This document shows positions 1 to 7,620 of a DNA stretch of 11,497 nucleotides, one piece after another. The position numbers and the translations under genes are program-made. The stretch spans positions 1 to 11,497 of the forward strand of contig JAYZAY010000045.1 in NCBI GenBank assembly GCA_036339465.1, in the 5' to 3' direction. The stretch comes from Myxococcota bacterium (GTDB taxonomy: Bacteria > Myxococcota > XYA12-FULL-58-9 > JABJBS01). The notes beneath the pieces were generated by a model, which made no database searches, was not told the origin of the DNA, and worked only from the letters and a program-made list of their open reading frames with translations. Numbering within the stretch: the first letter of the stretch is position 1; each line of letters starts with the position of its first letter.

Positions 1-606
1 CATGCTGAATCTAGGACCTTTTCTTAATTAATGGCTTACTCATTTTTCATTCACCAAAGAATGTTGAGTTTCTTAGCACTCCTCCTACGATCATAATGTC
101 ACTTTTGTATGGTAATGCCCAGTTTGTTGTTTTTTCGGTACAACGCGAAATAGAGGTGTCTCATAGGTTTGAAGAGCGACACAGTGGGATACCCCGTCTT
201 GTTTAGGTCTGAATTGGGGTTTAATGCTCTCTTGCTTCCTTCTGCAAGCGCCTAAGCGAAAACGGGGGCGGGGCGGCAGACGAGTGGCTGTGGTTGAAGA
301 ACGGAGACTTAGTAAAAACTGTAGCGTATAAGTATTTCCATGGACCAAGTGAACGAATGTTTTGAATCTATTTTGTCTCTTATAAAAGAAATTTAGATGG
401 ACGACCCTTAAAATGTCCATCATGTCTGATAATCTTTGACACATACCAGATAAGATAGATTTATTGGGTCTGGTGCGTGATTTTTTTGTCCCTGTCTTTC
501 AATGGTGTCTGAGAAATGACCGGTGATTTTCGTGACGAATGTGAAGAGGCGAAACACAGGCTCTGAGAGTAGCGCCAGTGTTGGTGGTTTGTTTGACAGC
601 TACCTA

Positions 607-680
607 GAAAAGTTTCTCTGCACAAAATCTAAGCCTGGTTTTTCATGAGGAAGGTGGAAAAGTCTCTCTGCACAAAATCT
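607..680. repeat. Pair of 24-bp direct repeats (GAAAAGTYTCTCTGCACAAAATCT) with a 26-bp spacer
   Basis: 607-630 GAAAAGTTTCTCTGCACAAAATCT and 657-680 GAAAAGTCTCTCTGCACAAAATCT; 23/24 identical, period 50 bp. Confidence 0.9.
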
Positions 681-703
681 CCGGCGAAGGATTCCATCTT
701 GAA

Positions 704-1015
704 ATGCAAACGAGATTAAGAATTGCCGAGGCAGATGCTCAAGCGATTGTAAACGAGGCCAGAGCCACGAAAAAAACGAGCAGGAACACGATGGATGGGA
801 CCGCTGGTGGAATCGAATCCGTCGTGGCGCCTCTCTCATGGTGATTGGAGTGGTGTCCGCCGTTTCTCTTTGCTTGGGCGATTATTGAAAACCCGAGTAA
901 GGAGCAGCGGGAATTTGGTGTGCAAGCCATCATTGTTATTTTAGCGTCTGCAGCCAGCTATTCTTTTGGGCAGAGTTCAGGAAAACGGAACCATCGAAGA
1001 AACTCAGCCGCTTAG
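704..1015 (+). pseudogene. Probable frameshifted gene for a small two-transmembrane protein
   Basis: The frame from ATG 704 to TAG 1015 has one internal TGA (842-844). Adding one A at the A7 run (770-776) and removing one T at 869-871 gives MQTRLRIAEADAQAIVNEARATKKNEQEHDGWDRWWNRIRRGASLMVIGVVSAVSLAWAIIENPSKEQREFGVQAIIVILASAASYSFGQSSGKRNHRRNSAA, with two hydrophobic segments. The reconstruction is manual; the frame is also open upstream to 608. Confidence 0.35.
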
Positions 1016-1254
1016 ATATCGCCAGGGCCCGCAACTTCGCATCTTTACCGTCATTGCGTTTCTGCGAGAGCATTGAGCCACTGTTTGAGGCTCGATGGAG
1101 GGCGGGGTGAATTGTTTAGGGTAAGGAAACCGAGGTGGATTGCCCCTTGCTTAGGGAGTGGAGGTAGGCAAAGTATCCAGCTTAGGGGAAATCGAAGAAT
1201 TTGGTTTAGGCTTTTTAGTGTCGGTGGATGCTTTTTGGGAGTCGCTTGCTAGGG

Positions 1255-4200
1255 TCAATTGCATTGGTTGTGGGTGGGGCTTGAAGAGGATGTGTAGGTA
1301 TCGCTTGGGGAGACGACACTCATAATGGAGCCAGAGAGTCCAAAACCACCATCGGTTCGATCGATGACCCCGTTGTCGATGGCCCAAACTTCGGCTTGGG
1401 GTAAGCCAGCAATGCCACCGACATCTAGGGTCGGAAGGGGGACTTCCGCGATCGCATTTCCGAGAATGACGGGAATGATGCACTTCATAACCTGGTTGAC
1501 GATTTGACTTAAGTGGCCTGCTATATCGGGGATATTTTCAACCAGCGGAATTTGGACCGATTCAATTTGAATCCCAAATTGGTAATCGTCATCGAATCTC
1601 GCCTGCAATTGATTGGTCTTTTGGTCAAGGGCCATGTTCATGCCGAGAACCGATGACAGATACATGGACATGCCAATGGTCCCAATGTTGGCAATGGTGA
1701 CCGATGCGGCAACTTCCATATCACCGACCCCCATTTGCGTAAGGGCACCGTCTCGCGAGGGCATAAGTACAGGGGGTGAATGGGCTTTCATCGAAAGGCT
1801 CATCTCTTCAACCGTAAATCCCATATCCATTGCGTCAGTAGCCGAAAAACCAAGGTCATCGGTATTGGGTATGTCCATAGGAAAAGCTTCTAGAACATTC
1901 GGAATATCCATACCTCCTGCGTACCAAACTGCCCATAGGGTTTGATTGATTAGATCATCTTTAATGCCAACCGAGAATTCATGGGCGCCATCGGTATCCA
2001 TGGCTGACCATGTTACGTGTTCTTGTCGAATCGCACCTTTCGCATGACTCGAAATGTTGTCACCTCGTACTGAAGGATAGACCTGGGTGTAAAGCTGAGT
2101 ATGAATTCCCCCTACACCGGGCTCATCCATGCAATGTAAATCTTGAATACCGCTGACGACATGAAGATTGAAGTCAAATGGCTCTGGTGTGGAGATACAG
2201 GAGGTCATTTGGGTTGAAGCGAAAGTATCTTGGAGCATGGGGGTGAGCTTTGCGGGAAGTTGTGCAGAAAGGGTCGCTTCGATGGTGGTCTCGAATTCGT
2301 TCAGTAGGTTGAAAACCAGGTCGTCAAGTTGGGAGCCCATAATTTCAAGTAGGCCCCAGCTGATATCGAGATAGAGGTTTTCGAATTGAATATTGATGGC
2401 GGAGAAACTTACGGAAGGCACTCCATTTTCATGGGTCACGGCAATGTCTGCATGGATACTGATTGAATTTGCTTTGATGGCTCCACCCACATCTCCATCC
2501 ACGACGCCCCGGTTGATACACACCAAAGCGCAACCTTCATGAAGAACCCCGTGCACGTTGATGGGAAGCTCTAGATTGCGAATGGTACCTCCTAGGCTCA
2601 GTTGCCCCTCTTGGGTTGAAAGGGTATCGATGAGAATGTCGTCGTAGGTCATGGTGCCGGTTTTAGTGACTCTGAATCCGGTGTTTTCGGTGGTAATAGA
2701 CTGCAAGGGCCAGCTACAACTGCATTTTTTTGAGGTTACGGAGTCGTTCATGGGGGTTTGAACCGATTTATCTAGATTGATGGTCTTTAGGACGGCTTGG
2801 GAAAAAGATGCAATGTCAGTGAGGTCACTGCGGTCTCCATCGTCGAGAATGGGTTGATTCAGTTGTGTAATGACGCCGTTGGGTATGGTCGCTTCTGGGT
2901 CTGGGGTCGTTGCTGCCGCATAGTAGCTCGGACTTCGAGTATAGGATTGGACTAGGGTACCGATATTACCGCAGCTATCAGTTGCCACTGCATGAAGTAC
3001 GGAGATTCCCCATGGGCTGAGATTTGAAGTATTGATTGTGGTTGTCAGTGACGTTGATCCGACGGGGAGTTCGTCTTCGTTGAGGATTAGTGAGGTGATG
3101 GGGCTAATCAGATCTTGAGCACGACCTTGTACCGAGATGGTGCTATCAGCATAGGTTCCTGATTCGACCATTTCACTGCGGTGCGGACTGGTGAGTTCGA
3201 TTATCGGACTGCTGTGGTCAATTAAGACGTTGGCAGACATCGAAGTTAGGTCACTCTCCGGATGAAGTTCTCCGGCGATGGATACCGACACTTGGTGGTT
3301 TCCTTCTTGGGTTATGGTAAACTCTTGGTTTTCGTTGAGTGCAACGGAATTGGGATGATTCGAAACGACGCTGAGGGTTGGGGTTGGAATATGATTTCCG
3401 AAATAATCAAAGATCTCGGCGTGGATAGGAAGGGCGGTGTTGATGGCAAAACAGTTCAGTGATTCAAGGCTTAGGGTGCCTGTATAGGGTAGGCCGGCAA
3501 AAGCTGTTACATTGGTACTGGCTTGAAAGTTTCCAAGTTGCGCCGTGATGGTTGCGGTTCCCACGCCTCCTGTTAAGGTGACCAATCCAAATTTGTCGAC
3601 GATGGCAATTGAAATATCGTTGCTTGACCAAGTTGGGCCCTCAAGTAAATCGGTTTGGTTTGCATCGAAATGGGTAATGTGCGCCGTTAATTGAAAAGTT
3701 TCTCCGGCGGCAATGGTTACGGCTGCGGGAAGTACATCGAGGGCGACCACTCGTAGCTCATCCTGACACAGGGCGTTGCAAGTATCACTGATTCCGGCAT
3801 CGTCGCATTCTTCATTTGAGTCTACAAGGCCATCACCGCAGCGAGCGATGCTGCAATCGAGTCGGCATGCGTCTGGGGCGATATTGGAATTCAAGCTTCC
3901 TTCATCACAAGCCTCGAGATCATCTTGAATATGTCCATCGCCGCAAGAAGCGGTTTGGCAATTGTTAAGGCAACTGTCTGTTTCGTCGGTGTTGCCATCA
4001 TCACATTGTTCATGATCTGCCCAAACGATCCCGTCGCCACAGCGTGCGTCCACACAGTTGATGGCGCAAGAAGCTTCTTTGATTTCCACCTCTTTTGGGC
4101 TTAATGTCAGACAAACCTGATTGTGATTACAGTTTGCACTGGCGCAGCTTTCGGCGCAATTGGCACCGGGGTTTTCCTGATTTGAAGTTGACTCATTCTC

Positions 4201-4500
4201 ATCAAAATCGTCTAAGTTGACGTCGTCTGTATTTTCTTCCCCTGCGCCGGAGGTGGAATCTCCAGTGGCAGTATTGGTGCTTGTGTCTGCAGTCGGGGTT
4301 GTGTCTCCAGTGGCAGTATTGGTGCTTGTGTCTGCAGTGGGGGTTGTGTCAATGGTTTCTTCGCTGGTGCTGTTAGTGCTGTCTTGTGTGGTTTCTGTAT
4401 TGTTCGTGTCTTGATGCGATGCGTCGACGACAGGCTCAGAGCATCCGCTGAGGATCATGATTGAGAGGCTCAGGGCCATCATTGTTTGGATGAGTTGCAT
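1255..4500 (-). CDS. Large surface lipoprotein: lipobox, Thr/Ser/Asp-rich linker, three Myxococcus-type Cys-rich (DUF4215-like) repeats, Big_2/Ig-like domains, large beta-rich C-terminal region
   Basis: 1081-aa ORF; AGGAG RBS at 4508-4512, 7 nt before the ATG; hydrophobic signal peptide ending LSG|C; CGDG...E.CD(D/E) repeats at ~3766-4041; Big_2-like segment (V.PAAVTIAAGETFQLTA...TWSSND.SIA.VD..GLVT....GTATITA) at ~3500-3750. Confidence 0.9.
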   Translation of the reverse strand: MQLIQTMMALSLSIMILSGCSEPVVDASHQDTNNTETTQDSTNSTSEETIDTTPTADTSTNTATGDTTPTADTSTNTATGDSTSGAGEENTDDVNLDDFDENESTSNQENPGANCAESCASANCNHNQVCLTLSPKEVEIKEASCAINCVDARCGDGIVWADHEQCDDGNTDETDSCLNNCQTASCGDGHIQDDLEACDEGSLNSNIAPDACRLDCSIARCGDGLVDSNEECDDAGISDTCNALCQDELRVVALDVLPAAVTIAAGETFQLTAHITHFDANQTDLLEGPTWSSNDISIAIVDKFGLVTLTGGVGTATITAQLGNFQASTNVTAFAGLPYTGTLSLESLNCFAINTALPIHAEIFDYFGNHIPTPTLSVVSNHPNSVALNENQEFTITQEGNHQVSVSIAGELHPESDLTSMSANVLIDHSSPIIELTSPHRSEMVESGTYADSTISVQGRAQDLISPITSLILNEDELPVGSTSLTTTINTSNLSPWGISVLHAVATDSCGNIGTLVQSYTRSPSYYAAATTPDPEATIPNGVITQLNQPILDDGDRSDLTDIASFSQAVLKTINLDKSVQTPMNDSVTSKKCSCSWPLQSITTENTGFRVTKTGTMTYDDILIDTLSTQEGQLSLGGTIRNLELPINVHGVLHEGCALVCINRGVVDGDVGGAIKANSISIHADIAVTHENGVPSVSFSAINIQFENLYLDISWGLLEIMGSQLDDLVFNLLNEFETTIEATLSAQLPAKLTPMLQDTFASTQMTSCISTPEPFDFNLHVVSGIQDLHCMDEPGVGGIHTQLYTQVYPSVRGDNISSHAKGAIRQEHVTWSAMDTDGAHEFSVGIKDDLINQTLWAVWYAGGMDIPNVLEAFPMDIPNTDDLGFSATDAMDMGFTVEEMSLSMKAHSPPVLMPSRDGALTQMGVGDMEVAASVTIANIGTIGMSMYLSSVLGMNMALDQKTNQLQARFDDDYQFGIQIESVQIPLVENIPDIAGHLSQIVNQVMKCIIPVILGNAIAEVPLPTLDVGGIAGLPQAEVWAIDNGVIDRTDGGFGLSGSIMSVVSPSDTYTSSSSPTHNQCN
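4261..4350. repeat. Intragenic 45-bp tandem repeat (2 copies) encoding DTTPTADTSTNTATG
   Basis: 4261-4305 and 4306-4350 differ at one position; in frame within the low-complexity linker of the lipoprotein. Confidence 0.95.
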
Positions 4501-5488
4501 TGAGAAGCTCCTACTTTCAAATGATTCAATCTTCTTTGGGGTGGGTTGCTCTTGGCTCGCATTTCTGAGCCTCGTTTTTTCTTATCGTAATGGTTATCGG
4601 TTGGGTGTTGGTTCCGTTTCCCCGAAAATCAAAGTTTGTGTGAAGCGTTGCGTTAAGGTGGTGGGACCGGACTTATTGGAAGGCTCCAGGATTTTGCACA
4701 GGTCCTGTACTGGGGTGATGCCAGGGGGATGATCTTACTTAGGGAATGACGCATTTAGACACGGGCAAAGTGTTAAGGTTTTAATCCTCTGGGACAGGGG
4801 CAGATAAAGATGGAGATGGCCTGCAGTTCCGCCGTGACGAATCGTTTGAAATCCCACCAGCTAAAAGCACCCCCCGACCAACCAATTCGTTATCTCTGAT
4901 CGCCCTCGAGCCCTAAGATCTATCGCATGAACATAGCCATCTCCTTGCTTATAATGGTTGGAGTTTTCACGCCTAGACAATGCTCACTTTCTATAATCAG
5001 AGGGTTTCCGACTCGAACTTGTAATCACCAACTCTTCATCCACAATGGAGCACCTTACTAAGCCAATCCGGAGCAGGGGAGGAAGCGCTCGATAAGTCTC
5101 CTTTATCTCGGGATGTTTTCATTGAACCCCGACACAAATAGCGATGTATATTCACAGAAGACGACAACCATTACGGGTAGGCCTATGGCTACGTCTTTTA
5201 AATGTTGGATTCCTGAAGTGGACCCCATTTTTCGATTCAAATCGTTATCAGTCATTTTATGTGCTCTCAATTTCACATGGGTAAGAAATCAATCAAACAA
5301 ATTATCTACAAACTTTGAATAAGTCTTAGAGATCCGTAGAGTCTTCATTTGCACTCGTCGTTTTTGCTTCATCTGTTCTTGCTCCAATACAAGCAATTTT
5401 TTTGGAATGTTTCCCACCTGATGACGGAGTTGGAAGTTTGTCGAGCCGGGTTTTGGCGGTTACTTTAGCTACTTGAGAAAAGACTTCG

Positions 5489-5785
5489 CTATAGGGTACG
5501 TGCACCTCTTGCCGGTGCGCCGATAGGCTTTACCCCAAACACGGATATTTTACCCCAAACACGGATATAAGGAGAATCAACGTTGAGCCGCTGAAGGAGT
5601 GTCTTGTGTCCTAAGAGCTCGATTTTCCCCGCGCCTTTTTCCAGTGATATTTCCCCCGCTTCATAGTCCACAGCCTGCTCAACCCCCATCTCCGCCACCA
5701 GGATTTTCAGACGATCGATATAAGCTGAAATAGCAGGCGCTATGCCCTTGAATTCAGCGGGAATTGGGATCCGGATGTCTGTCAT
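5489..5785 (-). pseudogene. Truncated, frameshifted IS transposase N-terminus (resembles ISKra4/UPF0236-type DDE transposases)
   Basis: GAGGTG RBS (5791-5796) before ATG 5785. AVDYEAGE..LE..AG.IE..GH...LQRLNVDSPYIRVWGK resembles the N-terminus of ISKra4-type transposases as I recall them. Removing the 20-bp duplication restores ...VWGKAYRRTGK. No catalytic domain follows. Confidence 0.55.
5529..5568. repeat. Perfect 20-bp tandem duplication (TTTACCCCAAACACGGATAT x2)
   Basis: 5529-5548 is identical to 5549-5568; it shifts the frame of the minus-strand ORF. Confidence 0.97.
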
Positions 5786-5957
5786 TGGGGCACCTCGGCT
5801 GTTGTATTGTTGTGAATTTCGATATGCCAAGGTTTGCCCCAATCTTCGAGACCAAACCGAGTCTAAGTTGGCTTAAATACAACGATTTTAATGAATAAGA
5901 CCGCGCTATGTCAGATCCAATCCCACATTTTGTGTTCATAATTACTATTATCTGCCT

Positions 5958-5980
5958 ACTAGACAGGTTACCTGTCTAGT
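5958..5980. promoter_or_regulatory. Perfect 11-1-11 palindrome, possible operator or protein-binding site
   Basis: ACTAGACAGGT-T-ACCTGTCTAGT, intergenic. The palindrome is certain; its function is inferred. Confidence 0.45.
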
Positions 5981-6135
5981 TAGATGTCTTCCTAAGGAAT
6001 TGCAGGATAGGATTTCAGACGGAACTTTTTCGAAGCGAGATCTTCGACGGTCGAGTTTTTCAAGATGCTCCCCATAGAATTACCGACTGTTGGAAGTCTT
6101 AGATGGTGCGTAAGCCGTTTTGGTTCAATGCCTCG

Positions 6136-6165
6136 TTATGCGAGTTTTATATAAGACGCTCATAA
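6136..6165. other. 30-bp imperfect palindrome with AT-rich centre
   Basis: TTATGCGAGTTTTAT|ATAAGACGCTCATAA; 24/30 positions symmetric; lies ~75 bp downstream of the HD gene. Confidence 0.5.
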
Positions 6166-6239
6166 TGGAGTGTAGCCTTGAACGCAGCCTATGTGTTTGG
6201 CTCCTTCGGTTATGACAACAGGTCTTGTAAAATACGATG

Positions 6240-6845
6240 TTATCGAGGAGTCAAGCATTGCGACTCTTTGGCTTCATTGAGGGTGGCTGGTTGTCCAGAG
6301 GTAAGAAGCACTTCAGAACTTGTAATCTTTTCATTTAATCGAGTGGTGAGTCCAGGGGATGACGTTTCGAGATAGCGCTTAATGAGCCTGGCTTCTGTGA
6401 TGTAGTGCTTTAATTTTTCGTAGGGCCATTGTCTTGGCGTGTTGGTTAAATTGACAATCCGGTCGGCCATCTTCACGGCCCAAACCTCTATGGGTTGATG
6501 CTTGATCCGTTGCAATGAATCCTCCATGCGTTTTTCTTTTGGCAACTCTTCATCCTTGGTGAGAGCTTGGACACCATCGGCAACAGCCTCTCCAAATGCA
6601 TTCTTAACGTGGTCATAGGTGACTGCGGTGTCTTCAATGGTGTCATGTAAAAGAGCGCATTGAACGGCCAACCATGGTCTAGAAAACGCCCTAAAGCTGT
6701 CAGATAACATCACCTCTGCCGCTACTGCTGCCACATGGAAAATGTAGGGTAGCTTATCGGTGGTTGGCATCACTTGGTTTTGGTGCGCCCGCGCAGCGAA
6801 GAGGTATGCGTTGAAGTAGTCATTTTGGATTCTGTTTTGCGACAT
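6240..6845 (-). CDS. Stand-alone HD-domain protein, RelA/SpoT hydrolase family (small alarmone hydrolase / Mesh1-like, HD_4)
   Basis: Motifs AARAH.NQ......PYIFH, ALLHDTIEDT, FGEAVADGVQALTKD, VKMADRIVNL; no synthetase domain. Probable start ATG 6845 (MSQNRI, 201 aa) after a purine-rich AAGAAGG; the ORF track starts at 6896. Confidence 0.88.
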   Translation of the reverse strand: MSQNRIQNDYFNAYLFAARAHQNQVMPTTDKLPYIFHVAAVAAEVMLSDSFRAFSRPWLAVQCALLHDTIEDTAVTYDHVKNAFGEAVADGVQALTKDEELPKEKRMEDSLQRIKHQPIEVWAVKMADRIVNLTNTPRQWPYEKLKHYITEARLIKRYLETSSPGLTTRLNEKITSSEVLLTSGQPATLNEAKESQCLTPR

Positions 6846-7321
6846 GTCGGCCTTCTTCTTTTCATTCTTGGGCAATTGAGGTTTATGCCCGGGCATTTAT
6901 AGTATGGGTTGGCTGCACAAGGGAAATATGATGGGCGAATGATGCCGTGTATTGATTTGGGGGCCGGCTCCCCTCTTCATCTAGAATCTTCAAGGGTTCT
7001 TCTCCGATCGGGAAAATAACAACACGAATTCTGAGAACGCGATTTTGCAATCGGTTACTTCCTACAACGGCATCCGAAATTCCGTGGTGGGCCCGTTTCA
7101 CGACCCAAAATCTAGGAATACTAATGAGATCCTCCCTGTTTCGCCCTTCTCTGCGTCGATGATGTGAGCATGTAGAAGTTGTACCCTCTTTCGGAGGTTG
7201 AGATTAGGTCTTGCCCCTTCTCTTTCGGCCATAAACTGCGCCCCAGTCTGCTTCACGGAAGGCGCGGAATATGAAGTGTCGCCTTTTTAGTTCATGGAAT
7301 TCGCATAGAAACCCCAAGATA

Positions 7322-7350
7322 CATTATGAGAATCAGTATTCTCAAAACAA
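7322..7350 (-). promoter_or_regulatory. Possible minus-strand promoter overlapped by a 7-4-7 palindrome (Fur-box-like)
   Basis: TGAGAAT-CAGT-ATTCTCA at 7327-7344; 7322-7340 matches GATAATGATAATCATTATC at 14/19; minus strand reads TTGTTT-N16-CATAAT. Confidence 0.3.
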
Positions 7351-7620
7351 ATTAATTAATTCAACACCAAGTCGTCCCACTCTAAACACCTATCCCCTCC
7401 CCGCTTCCGCGGTCCGCGCCTCAAACCGAGCTCAACCTATCTACTCGGACTCGAGAACACCGATCATACCGAACTACTTAATATTGATTCGCATTCATAC
7501 TATAAGCTTTGGATTTTAGGCGACACCAATCCAATACTTCCAGCCTTTAGCAAGAGCTTGGTCTGACATACTCTGACAAAGTTTTTAGCAAAGACCATGG
7601 AGGTATTTTTCAAAAGTGCG

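Noticed and set aside
91..444. 117-aa minus-strand ORF, plus the short ORFs antisense to or nested in the lipoprotein, rep and parA genes
   Set aside because: No motifs or RBS; the nested ones are shadows of well-supported genes.
607..680. Mini-CRISPR (repeat-spacer-repeat)
   Set aside because: Only two copies, not palindromic, no leader or cas genes.
842..844. Selenocysteine or readthrough at the in-frame TGA
   Set aside because: No redox motif context or evident SECIS hairpin; the alternative-frame explanation gives a more protein-like sequence.
5103..5459. Long minus-strand frame with one internal TGA, antisense to ORF 5113..5322
   Set aside because: Neither strand gives a recognisable protein or RBS; may be decayed sequence.
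5950..5985. Integron attC site (GTTAGAT core next to a palindrome)
   Set aside because: No complementary RYYYAAC inverse core and the element is too short.
6119..6182. dif/pdif site (ACTCGCATAA resembles a XerC arm)
   Set aside because: No TTATGTTAAAT-like XerD arm 6 bp away on either strand.
6883..7232. Two small minus-strand ORFs (7098..7232, 44 aa; 6883..7101, 72 aa; GTGA overlap) as a toxin partner for the hydrolase
   Set aside because: No alarmone-synthetase or other toxin motifs and no convincing RBS; coding status cannot be supported, although the overlap means they are not fully excluded.
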